64,000 nt of DNA from Candidatus Hydrogenedentota bacterium. Lineage in GTDB: Bacteria; Hydrogenedentota; Hydrogenedentia; Hydrogenedentales; SLHB01. The notes beneath the pieces are model-generated. The model saw only the letters and a list, made by a program, of their open reading frames with translations, did not search any database and was not told the DNA's origin. Positions 18,520 through 27,666 of this stretch are shown in pieces (position 1 is the stretch's first letter; every line of letters begins with the position of its first letter). The DNA lies in NCBI GenBank assembly GCA_963745075.1, contig CAVUWV010000014.1, forward strand, positions 34,900 through 98,899, written 5' to 3'. The position numbers and the translations under genes were made by a program.

Positions 18520-19036
18520 CGTTCAGACGCCCCCGCGTATATCCTCCGCATTATGCCGGACGTGATTCTACCTGTGGTGGTGGCGTCGTTCCTACTTCGT
18601 CAGGCGGCGTACGGCGATTGGATGATGGCGCACGAATTGGTGTACGTTCCCAACATGACAATTCGCTAATGCGTGCAGGGGATATTCGGGGGAACGCAAC
18701 CAGGATGGTTCTTCCTGGCCACCAACCGCACGAAGTGGACGCAACGACGATGGAACGTACTGCACTGCCCGTCCGGCGCCGGTAAGCAGACTCGATTCGC
18801 TGGCGCGCGTCCATTGGTATCGCTGCGCAGTCTCACCAGCCGATGTTTGTGCACTCCGTTGAGACTTGACCGCGCAAATGGAGCATTGAATGGCTTCGCA
18901 GCAATGAATTGACATTTTGCTGCGGTGCGTTGAGAATCGTCAGTGCGCGATCAACGGCGGTCAATTCGACGACATGCACGCGTACGGTCCCATTCTATGC
19001 GTGGTGAAAGTGAATGCCGCATTCAGGAGGTCATTG

Positions 19037-19453
19037 ATGAAATACGTTTTGTACTTTCCGCTGCTCGGGCTGGTCTTTGTAGCGTACAATATTGCCATGG
19101 CAGCGGGTGTAGACTTCGCGGCCAATGCGACGGTGTTGAATATTCCGCACCTGACGCGTGAAACACCGACCACGGTCGGGACTTCCGATTTGATTCTAGG
19201 AATCGGAATTATCCTGCTCTATTTCGAGATTCTGAAAGCCGCTCGAACCTCCCGGACCACGACCATCGATCACATGTTTTCCATGGTCGCCTTCATCGCG
19301 TTCCTGATCGAGTTCATCGTGGCGCCAGGCGCCGGCACCGCGACGTTCATGTTGCTCACGCTACTTGCGTTGATCGATGTGATTGCGGGATTCACCATCA
19401 GCATTGCTACCGCGCGGCGGGATTTTGCGGTCGGGGGAGGGGGACTCGGTTAA
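19037..19453 (+). CDS. Membrane protein, unknown function (138 aa)
   Basis: AGGAGG RBS then ATG at 19037. Four predicted hydrophobic helices. Confidence 0.65.
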   Translation: MKYVLYFPLLGLVFVAYNIAMAAGVDFAANATVLNIPHLTRETPTTVGTSDLILGIGIILLYFEILKAARTSRTTTIDHMFSMVAFIAFLIEFIVAPGAGTATFMLLTLLALIDVIAGFTISIATARRDFAVGGGGLG

Positions 19454-19489
19454 TAGGCAGAAGGCCAGAACGAGCCAGGAGATTCAACA

Positions 19490-20626
19490 ATGCTATGCAT
19501 TGGATTACGCGCGGCTATTACAGCGTTAGCGGTCTTTTCAGTATGGATACCGCACGATACGGCAACTGCCGAGGAGCCGAAATCAGCGCCGTCCACGCGC
19601 GTGCACGCCTTCTACTACGCCTGGTATCAGAACCCGGAAACCGACGGGGCCTGGAGCCACTGGAACCATGCCGTCTCGGTACGCAAGGGCACCCCGTTCA
19701 GCTACGAGCCGCCGGAGCAGATCGGTGCGAACTTCTATCCCGCCTTGGGGCTCTATAGTTCGAGTTCGCGCGAGGATCTCGCCGATCACATGCAGCAACT
19801 GAAGCAGGCGGGCGTGGGGGTCATCGCCACGTCCTGGTGGGGGCCGGGTGACTTCACGGACCGAATTCTGCCGACGCTGCTCGACGTTGCCGATGAGCAC
19901 GGGATCAAGGTCGCCATTCACATCGAGCCCATCGCGGGACGCGACGGCGCTCGCGCGCAACCGTTTCGCGATGCCATCGTGTATCTTGTCGATCACTACG
20001 GCGAACACCCGGCCTACTTTCGCGATGCTGCGCGGGGTAACAAACCTATGTTCTATTTCTATGACTCGTACTTGGTGGAGCCGTCTGACTGGGCGAGTCT
20101 TTTCACGGTCGAGGGAGACCGTTCGTTGCGCGGCACGAAGTACGATGGACTCTTCATCGGCTTGTACGTGAAGGCCGAAGATGGGGACGCGATTGTCGAA
20201 TCCGGTTTCGACGGATTCTATACCTATTTTGCCTCCGATGGGTTTACCTACGGATCAACGACCGCAAACTGGCCGTCGCTCATGCAGTTCGCCCGGGACC
20301 GCCGCATACTTTTCATACCCAGTGTTGCCCCCGGATACGACGACACGCGAATCCGGCCCTGGAATACCGCCAATCAACGCGCGAGGGAGGAGGGGGCGTA
20401 CTACGACCGCATGTGGGAAGCCGCGCTGGACGTTGGTCCGCCCTTCGTCTCGATCACGTCTTTCAACGAATGGCACGAAGGGACCCAGATCGAACCAGCC
20501 GTTCCGAAAACGACTCCGTCCTATATCTATCTCGACTATTCCCCCCTGGAGCCGGACTACTACTTGAAGCAAACCGCCGAATGGGTGAAACGCCTTACCG
20601 GCCGTCACGCGTTCCGTTCGCAATGA
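19490..20626 (+). CDS. GH99-like glycoside hydrolase (endo-alpha-mannosidase family)
   Basis: AGGAG RBS. Signal peptide. FYYAWYQNPETDGAWSHWNH, FYPALGLYSS and ITSFNEWHEGTQIEP are GH99 signatures. Confidence 0.85.
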   Translation: MLCIGLRAAITALAVFSVWIPHDTATAEEPKSAPSTRVHAFYYAWYQNPETDGAWSHWNHAVSVRKGTPFSYEPPEQIGANFYPALGLYSSSSREDLADHMQQLKQAGVGVIATSWWGPGDFTDRILPTLLDVADEHGIKVAIHIEPIAGRDGARAQPFRDAIVYLVDHYGEHPAYFRDAARGNKPMFYFYDSYLVEPSDWASLFTVEGDRSLRGTKYDGLFIGLYVKAEDGDAIVESGFDGFYTYFASDGFTYGSTTANWPSLMQFARDRRILFIPSVAPGYDDTRIRPWNTANQRAREEGAYYDRMWEAALDVGPPFVSITSFNEWHEGTQIEPAVPKTTPSYIYLDYSPLEPDYYLKQTAEWVKRLTGRHAFRSQ

Positions 20627-20847
20627 ACGGAAGAAGTTTCGGGTCCATATTCTTCATTGAGAATTCCCAAGAGACGAGGATACTATAGTAGCTTGAAATT
20701 CGTATAAGCGTTGTGCGCGAAGGCGGTTGGATTGGCGGTTCCAACGGCCGCACGACGTTAGCCGAAATGCCGCCTTCCAAACAGAGGAAATGATGGAAGA
20801 TTCCATATTCCGTGCGTTATCCAACGGACATCAACTCCTGTGTTGAC

Positions 20848-22695
20848 ATGTTGATGCCCGTTTCGATGAAGTATTTGCCCCTTGCGATTATCCTTGGCTT
20901 GTGCTGGTCGTGCGCCACTGCGCCGCCTGTTTGGACTCCGGAAACCGTCGCCGTGCCGTCGCCGGCCCGTGAGGGGATCGAACCGGCGGCGCCTCTGGAT
21001 GAACGCGCGGAAGAAATCCTCCCGGCCGGACAGACCATGGCCGAGACACCGGTTCCGCTTTCCCGCGACGGCGCGCTGCTCACGGCGATTTCCAATAACC
21101 GTTCCCTCGAAGTCGCCCGGTTCGGTCCCGAGATTGCCGGCACATTTGTGCCGGAGGCACGCGCCGCATTTGACCCGACGCTCCTCGGGACCCTGTCAAC
21201 GGGCCGCACGCGAGAGCCGCTTCCCGTCCGCCGCTTGTCGAGTACCAGCCGCACTTCCAGCAGTAGCCGCAGCTCCAGTGGAAGCACCGGCACTACAGGC
21301 ACTTCGAGTGGAATGACCCCATCCGGGGCCATGACTCAAGCCCAAAGAGTCCAACAGAATATCGCACAGGCGCAGCGCGTCCTTGACGACCTGGACAGCG
21401 CTTCCACCCTGTACGAGAACCGCAAGAACCCCTTCGTCGAAACCAGGAGTACGGATGGAACCGTCCTGCTTCAGGAGACGTTGCCCACTGGGACCCAACT
21501 GTTCTTGACAGGGGCCGCATCCCGGAACGAAGTGGCTCGCTCCGTCGATAACAATGCGGGATCCTGGGTCGTGGGGGCCAGTCAGCCCTTGCTGCGCGGC
21601 GCAGGGCTTGACGTGAATCTGGTGGAGCTGAAACAGGCCAAGAACGTGCGCGCTCAAAGCGAACACGTCCTTCGCGTCGAGGTTACCGACCTTGTCCGGC
21701 AAGTGGAAGATGCCTATTGGGAATTGGTGCTGGCCAACGAGGTGCTCAAGATTCGAGATTTCGCAGTCTCGCTGGCCGACGAGCAACTCAGACGGAATCA
21801 GGACCTCTACTCCGTCGGCAAGACGGTGGAAGGAGATGTTATGTCGGCGAAGGCAGAACGCTCGTCGCGCATCGCGGACCGGGCCGACGCCCAAGCGGCA
21901 ATCGAAACGGAGACCCTCGCGTTGATTCGGTTCCTGAATCCGGACGTAGAAGCGCCTTGGAAGATCCAGTTCCACCCCGTGGACCCGCCCGAAGTCGAGC
22001 ACATCGACGTAAATCCGGATGTCAGCGAGCGCCTGGCGAACATATACCGTTCCGAACTGGCCGAATCGCGACTGGAAGTGGCGAACAGCGACCTGGGTTT
22101 GATCCAGACGCGGAACGGCCTTCTGCCGAGGCTGGACCTGGTTGGCTCGTACGGGCGCTCGAGCAGCGGCTTCCGCGCCGGGGACATTACGCGCAAGTTG
22201 GACTCGCCGCAATACGACTCTTTCCAATTCGGTCTTGAATTCGAGACCCCGATACTTTATCGGGCCGAACGTGCGCGCAATCAACGGGCCAAAATGGTAC
22301 AGTCCCAAGCCAGTGCGAATCTGAGCGACTTCGAACAGGCGGTAGCCACCGAAGTGCGGCAAGCCGCCGTCGAGGTAGGCCGGCAATGGAAGCGAATCGA
22401 CGCTACGCAAGATGCCGTGACGAGCCGCAAAGAAGAACTGCGAATCGCCGAGGATCGCAACGCCGTAGGCAAGACCACGAATCTCGACCTGCAGATCGTG
22501 CAGCGCGATCTGATTCAGGCGGAAGTGGACGAGGTCACGGCCCGAATACATTACATCGAGGCGCTGACTGGGCTGTATGCGGCCGAAGGGACGCTGCTTG
22601 AGCGGCGCGGTATCCGGCTCCAGGGAGATACGTTATACAGCGGCGCGCAGAACATCCCGGGGGACGGGGAAAACGAGCAACGAGGTAGTGAATGA
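20848..22695 (+). CDS. TolC-family outer-membrane efflux protein
   Basis: Two OEP-type repeats. Signal/lipoprotein-like N-terminus (alternative start at 20866). Stop overlaps the MFP start (ATGA). Confidence 0.85.
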   Translation: MLMPVSMKYLPLAIILGLCWSCATAPPVWTPETVAVPSPAREGIEPAAPLDERAEEILPAGQTMAETPVPLSRDGALLTAISNNRSLEVARFGPEIAGTFVPEARAAFDPTLLGTLSTGRTREPLPVRRLSSTSRTSSSSRSSSGSTGTTGTSSGMTPSGAMTQAQRVQQNIAQAQRVLDDLDSASTLYENRKNPFVETRSTDGTVLLQETLPTGTQLFLTGAASRNEVARSVDNNAGSWVVGASQPLLRGAGLDVNLVELKQAKNVRAQSEHVLRVEVTDLVRQVEDAYWELVLANEVLKIRDFAVSLADEQLRRNQDLYSVGKTVEGDVMSAKAERSSRIADRADAQAAIETETLALIRFLNPDVEAPWKIQFHPVDPPEVEHIDVNPDVSERLANIYRSELAESRLEVANSDLGLIQTRNGLLPRLDLVGSYGRSSSGFRAGDITRKLDSPQYDSFQFGLEFETPILYRAERARNQRAKMVQSQASANLSDFEQAVATEVRQAAVEVGRQWKRIDATQDAVTSRKEELRIAEDRNAVGKTTNLDLQIVQRDLIQAEVDEVTARIHYIEALTGLYAAEGTLLERRGIRLQGDTLYSGAQNIPGDGENEQRGSE

Positions 22696-23945
22696 CGCAG
22701 TTCAAACAACACCGGCGGCGGTGCGGTGAGACGAGCCGAGGGATCCTGCTCGCCGCCGTATTGCTGCTGGCGGCAGTCACCGGTTCCTGCGGGAAGAAGA
22801 CGGAAGGATCTGCAGGAGGAAAGCCGCCCGCAGTCCCTGTCCACGCCGCCGAAGTGACCCAACGCGATATGCCCGTGGTGCTCGACTCCATAGGGGCAGG
22901 TGAGGCGTATTCCACCGTCAATGTGAAGTCCCAGGTAACGGGGGAAATTGTCGACGTTACGTTTCGCGAAGGCGACATCGTGCAGGAAGGGCAGGTGCTG
23001 TTTACGATCGACCAGCGCCCCTTCAAAGTGGCGTTGCACGAAGCCGAGGCCAACCTGGCCCGGGCGGAAGCCGAACTCGAACACGCGAAAGCCATGGTCG
23101 AGCGAGACAAGGCCGAGGCGGACAACGCGAAAACGGAACTGGATCGCGATACGACCCTGTTGGACCGGGGAACGATTTCGCAGGAAGAGTTCGACCAGAC
23201 GCGCACCAACGCCGATTCGATGCAGGCGTCGGTCCATGCGGATGAGGCTGCTGTAAAGTCCAGCAGCGAATCGATTCGCGTGGCCAGGTCGGCTATCGAC
23301 GACGCCAAATTGCAACTCGACTACTGCACGATCCGGTCGCCTTTAACGGGGCGAACCGGCAGTCTTCTCATCCATAAGGGCAATCTCGTGAAGGCCAACG
23401 ACACGGAACCTCTCGTTGTGATCAACGAGACGCGGCCGATCTATGTGAACTTCACCCTGCCTGAGGCAGCGTTGTCGGCGGTGAGAAAAGCCATGGCCGC
23501 CGGGCGCCTCGAGGTGCGCGCCGAGATTCCGGGCGAAGAAGCTGACCCCGTAGTCGGCAATGTCACCTTCGTTGACAACGCCGTCAACCAGGATACGGGG
23601 ACCATTCGCCTCAAGGCATCGTTTCCCAACGAAGACGACCGATTGTGGCCGGGTCAATATGTGAGCGTCTTCGTTCGCGTCGCCACAATTCCGAATGCCG
23701 TCGTGGCGCCTACGCAAGCGATTCAGATGGGCCAGGACGGGGCCTACGCGTACATCGTCAAAGCCGACAAGACCGTTGAGCTGCGGGAGGTCACCGTTGG
23801 GGATACCTACGAGGGCGACAGCATCATCGAAAAAGGATTGAATCCCGGTGAAACGGTTGTCACCGACGGCCAGATGCGGCTCGCGCCGGGCTTGACGGCG
23901 GATATCCTTCCCGACGACGCCGAAGGAGCCGCGAGCAGCTCATGA
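22692..23945 (+). CDS. RND efflux periplasmic adaptor (MFP)
   Basis: Coiled-coil hairpin plus barrel motifs (RSPLTGRTG). ATGA coupling on both sides. Confidence 0.9.
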   Translation: MTQFKQHRRRCGETSRGILLAAVLLLAAVTGSCGKKTEGSAGGKPPAVPVHAAEVTQRDMPVVLDSIGAGEAYSTVNVKSQVTGEIVDVTFREGDIVQEGQVLFTIDQRPFKVALHEAEANLARAEAELEHAKAMVERDKAEADNAKTELDRDTTLLDRGTISQEEFDQTRTNADSMQASVHADEAAVKSSSESIRVARSAIDDAKLQLDYCTIRSPLTGRTGSLLIHKGNLVKANDTEPLVVINETRPIYVNFTLPEAALSAVRKAMAAGRLEVRAEIPGEEADPVVGNVTFVDNAVNQDTGTIRLKASFPNEDDRLWPGQYVSVFVRVATIPNAVVAPTQAIQMGQDGAYAYIVKADKTVELREVTVGDTYEGDSIIEKGLNPGETVVTDGQMRLAPGLTADILPDDAEGAASSS

Positions 23946-26900
23946 ACTTCTCGGCCCTGTTTATTCGCCGCCCCGTGATGACCACGTTGCTCATGCTGGC
24001 CATCGTGCTCTTGGGTGTGCGCGGATACATGGCCTTGCCGGTCAGCGACCTTCCGAACGTGGACTTTCCTACCATCAGCGTTTCCGCGGTGCTGCCGGGG
24101 GCCAACCCGGAAACCATGGCATCGTCGGTGGCCACTCCCCTCGAACGGCAATTCTCGACCATTGCCGGCCTGGACTCGATGACGTCCGTAAGCGTGTTGG
24201 GCGGATGCGATATCACGTTGCAGTTTTCGTTGGATGTCCAAATCGATGCGGCCGCACAGGAAGTGCAGGCGGCCATCGCCCGGGCCAGCCGCCAATTACC
24301 TGAAGACATGCCGAGTCCCCCCACGTACCGGCGTGTGAACCCCGCCGACTCGCCCGTCATTTACATTGCGCTCACGTCACCCGTACTTCCGCTGTCAGTT
24401 GTGGATGAGTTTGCGGACACGTATCTCGCCCAACGCATCTCGACGCTCAACGGCGTCGCGCAGGTGAATATCTATGGCTCGCAAAAGTACGCGGTCCGCG
24501 CATTGCTCGACCCGCGCGCCCTCGCGTCGCGCAAGATCGGGATCGACGAGGCTGTCGACGCCATTCAGGCGGGCAACGTCAACCTGCCGACCGGGGACCT
24601 TCAAGGAACGCATCAGGCGTTCACCTTACAGGCCACGGGACAGCTTCAGACTGCAAAGGCCTACGAGCCCATCATCGTGGCATGGCGCAACGGTTCGCCG
24701 GTTCGTCTTCGGGATTTGGGAACCGTCGTCGATAGTGTGGAAAACGACAAGGCCGCAAGTTGGTACAATAACGTGCGGGCCATCGTGCTTGCCGTTCAGC
24801 GGCAGCCGGGCACCAACACCATCCAGGTCGTCGATTCCATCAAAAAGCTCCTGCCGACGTTTCGCGACCAACTCCCGGCGTCCGTCACGATGGAAATCCT
24901 GTTTGACCGCTCCGAATCGATACGCAATTCGGTGAACGAGGTGAAGTTCACGTTCCTGCTCACCATCGTCCTCGTGATACTCGTTATCTTCCTATTTTTG
25001 CGAAACGTGACTGCAACGATTATCCCCAGCTTGGCGCTCATTCTGTCCGTTATCGGCACCTTCGCCGTCATGAATGCGTTCGGATACAGCCTTGACAACC
25101 TCTCTTTGATGGCCCTGACGTTATCGGTGGGCTTCGTGGTGGACGACGCGATCGTCATGATCGAGAATATCGTTCGCCACATGGAAAACGGTGAAACCAC
25201 CATGGAGGCAGCCCACCGCGGATCGCGCGAAATCGGTTTTACGATCGTCTCCATGACGTTGTCGCTGTCGGCGGTCTTCATTCCCGTCTTGTTTATGGGC
25301 GGCATCATCGGGCGGCTGCTGCACGAGTTTGCGGTTACCATCAGCATGGCGATCCTGATTTCCGGATTCATCTCGCTGACGCAAACGCCCATGTTGTGCA
25401 GCCGGTTCTTGCGTCACTACGAACAAGAGCGGCACGGCGCGCTCTACAACGTGCTTGAACGCATTCTCCACGGCATGTTGCGGGTGTACGAAGTCACATT
25501 ACGCGGCGTCATGCGGCACCGATTAGTGACGATGCTGGCGCTCATACCGCTTATCGCGATCACCGGCTACCTGTTCTACTCCATGCCCAAAGGCTTTCTC
25601 CCGAGCGAAGACACGGGGCAGGTATTTGCCGTGACTGAAGCGGCCCAGGGAATCTCGTTTCAGGACATGGTGCGGCACCAGAAGGCGGCGGCAGCCGTTG
25701 TTGCCGCGGATTCCAACGTGGCCGGATTCATGTCCGCAGTAGGGTCGGGAGGCTCCTCGCGATCCGGAAATGAAGGACGCCTCTTCATGCACCTGAAACC
25801 CCGGGACGAACGCATCGGAGTGGACGATTTCATTCAGGAAATGCGCGCGAAACTGAGCAAACTTCCCGGGATACGCGTCTTCATGCAGAACCGCCCCTCC
25901 ATCACCATCGGCGGCCACCTCACGAAGAGCCAGTACCAATTCACGTTGCAGGGCACCGATATCAGCGAACTCTACCATTACGCGCCAATCCTTGAAGCCG
26001 CTATGGAGAAGATTCCCGGCTTTCAGGACGTGACGTCGGACCTTCAGATTACGAACCCGCAGGTGGACGTCACGATCGACCGCGACAAAGCGTCTGCGCT
26101 GAATGTGTCGGCGCGCAAAATCGAGGAGGCTTTATATACCGCGTACGGTTCGCGCCAAGTCTCCACGATCTACGGGTCGAACAATACGTACCGCGTCATC
26201 GTGGAATTGCAGCCCCAGTATGAACTGGACCCGAAGACGCTGTCCATGCTGTACGTGCGGTCGGATACGAACCAGTTGGTGCCTTTGAACACCGTAGCAG
26301 AAATCAAGCGATCGGTCGGTCCGTTGACCGTGACGCACGTGGGCCAGTTACCGGCCGTCACCGTCTCCTTCAACCTGGAACCCGGGTATTCACTGGGCTA
26401 CGCGGTCGATCGCGTCAACGAGGCGGCGCGCAAACTGCTCCCTCAGACCATCATGCCCAGCTTCCAGGGGACCGCCCAAGCGTTCGAGTCCTCGATGCGT
26501 GGGATGGGCTTTCTCTTGTTGGGTGCGGTGCTCGTTATTTACATCATTCTCGGCGTCTTGTACGAAAGCTACATTCACCCCATCACCATCCTTTCCGGTT
26601 TGCCCGCCGCGGGGGTCGGGGCGCTCTTGACGCTAAAGGTCTTCGGGATGGACCTGAACATTTTCTCGCTCGTCGGCATCATCATGCTCGTCGGCATCGT
26701 GAAAAAGAATTCGATCATGATGGTCGACTTCGCCATCGAGGCTCAGGCCAAAACGAACGCCCCGGCGGCCGAAGCAATTGTCGAAGCCTGCCTCATCCGT
26801 TTCCGCCCCATCATGATGACGACCATGGCCGCCCTCATGGGCACGCTTCCCATCGCCCTTGGTGTGGGTGCGGGCTCCGAGTCACGTCGTCCCCTGGGTC

Positions 26901-27043
26901 TCGCCGTCGTGGGCGGTCTGATCTTTTCCCAGCTACTGACCCTCTACATCACACCGGTCTTCTACGTGTACATGGAATCCTTCCGCGGCCTGTTCCACCG
27001 CAAAAAGCCCGGCCGCCAATCGGAAACAGTCCCCGCAAAGTGA
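23942..27043 (+). CDS. RND efflux permease (AcrB/MdtB-type)
   Basis: 1033 aa. MNFSALFIRRPVMTTLL start. 12-TM architecture with two large loops and VDDAIVMIENI motif. Confidence 0.95.
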   Translation: MNFSALFIRRPVMTTLLMLAIVLLGVRGYMALPVSDLPNVDFPTISVSAVLPGANPETMASSVATPLERQFSTIAGLDSMTSVSVLGGCDITLQFSLDVQIDAAAQEVQAAIARASRQLPEDMPSPPTYRRVNPADSPVIYIALTSPVLPLSVVDEFADTYLAQRISTLNGVAQVNIYGSQKYAVRALLDPRALASRKIGIDEAVDAIQAGNVNLPTGDLQGTHQAFTLQATGQLQTAKAYEPIIVAWRNGSPVRLRDLGTVVDSVENDKAASWYNNVRAIVLAVQRQPGTNTIQVVDSIKKLLPTFRDQLPASVTMEILFDRSESIRNSVNEVKFTFLLTIVLVILVIFLFLRNVTATIIPSLALILSVIGTFAVMNAFGYSLDNLSLMALTLSVGFVVDDAIVMIENIVRHMENGETTMEAAHRGSREIGFTIVSMTLSLSAVFIPVLFMGGIIGRLLHEFAVTISMAILISGFISLTQTPMLCSRFLRHYEQERHGALYNVLERILHGMLRVYEVTLRGVMRHRLVTMLALIPLIAITGYLFYSMPKGFLPSEDTGQVFAVTEAAQGISFQDMVRHQKAAAAVVAADSNVAGFMSAVGSGGSSRSGNEGRLFMHLKPRDERIGVDDFIQEMRAKLSKLPGIRVFMQNRPSITIGGHLTKSQYQFTLQGTDISELYHYAPILEAAMEKIPGFQDVTSDLQITNPQVDVTIDRDKASALNVSARKIEEALYTAYGSRQVSTIYGSNNTYRVIVELQPQYELDPKTLSMLYVRSDTNQLVPLNTVAEIKRSVGPLTVTHVGQLPAVTVSFNLEPGYSLGYAVDRVNEAARKLLPQTIMPSFQGTAQAFESSMRGMGFLLLGAVLVIYIILGVLYESYIHPITILSGLPAAGVGALLTLKVFGMDLNIFSLVGIIMLVGIVKKNSIMMVDFAIEAQAKTNAPAAEAIVEACLIRFRPIMMTTMAALMGTLPIALGVGAGSESRRPLGLAVVGGLIFSQLLTLYITPVFYVYMESFRGLFHRKKPGRQSETVPAK

Positions 27044-27223
27044 CGGCATCCCACCGCACGGTTGCGGTCTGGTTCGGACTTGTCAAGGGCGTCGGCCAAT
27101 GAGTTGAGATCCATACAGGATATGGAGACCTACACGCGAATTGAGATTGATAAGAAAGAACGAAGTGTGCGTGAGCGTAATGCGGGCTACTGGGCGCGGG
27201 ATTCGGTCGAGTGATTCTTACCC

Positions 27224-27316
27224 CACGGGAGACAGCAGCGAAAGAAAACTTAGAATTTGCTGGATCAACTGGATTAGCTGCAAAAGCTGACTTAAACTTT
27301 GTAACAAGCCGAAGAT
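27224..27316 (+). pseudogene. Decayed homologue of island ORF 35684..35851 (remnant of a second related element)
   Basis: Codon-colinear with 35756..35851 without indels, but carries 4 in-frame stops (tag, tag, taa, taa) where the island copy has cag, gag, cag, gaa. Confidence 0.8.
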
Positions 27317-27380
27317 CGTGGGCATATGATGGTCTCCTTTAGTTGGCCGCTCAAGTCACATACAAGTCGCATACATTTCT

Positions 27381-27422
27381 AAAATAGTACAGCGACTTAC
27401 AGGTAATTTCTGTAAGTCGCTG
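27381..27422 (-). terminator. Hairpin plus T-run downstream of the displaced tRNA 3' fragment
   Basis: CAGCGACTTACAG-7 nt-CTGTAAGTCGCTG followed on the minus strand by TACTATTTT. Confidence 0.45.
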
Positions 27423-27439
27423 TTATCATTTAACTTAAA

Positions 27440-27486
27440 TGGTCGGGGTGAGAGGATTTGAACCTCCGGCCTCTTCGTCCCGAACG
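27440..27486 (-). repeat. att direct repeat, distal copy (3' 47 nt of tRNA-Pro, no 5' half)
   Basis: 47/47 identical to 35976..36022. Flanking bases differ on both sides. Confidence 0.95.
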
Positions 27487-27616
27487 GATTTTTGCCGTGT
27501 AACGCGGTAGATTCTAATCCGGCCTTTCGAGGCAAATACCCCACAAAACCCCTGTAAACATTGGCTATCCGAAATTCATGCTTTTCTTTCGTCTTACACC
27601 GTGATACAATGCCGTT

Positions 27617-27635
27617 GGGTCACATACGGGTCACA
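27617..27635 (+). promoter_or_regulatory. GGTCACA-N4-GGTCACA direct repeats just upstream of int (candidate arm-type or operator site)
   Basis: GGGTCACATACGGGTCACA lies 32 nt before the int ATG. The first 17 nt are identical at 35887. A degenerate copy lies at 27353. Confidence 0.4.
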
Positions 27636-27666
27636 AAAGCGCACGCGCGATAGGGGAGCGATACAG

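Noticed and set aside
18520-19036. Cobalamin riboswitch upstream of the URO-D/MtaA-like gene
   Set aside because: I could not find the conserved B12-box or GGTG..AA.TCC core on either strand, so I make no call. An Infernal scan would be decisive.
21196-22551. 451-aa ORF on the minus strand
   Set aside because: It is a shadow of the TolC-family gene. The TolC frame is supported by operon coupling (ATGA) and family repeats.
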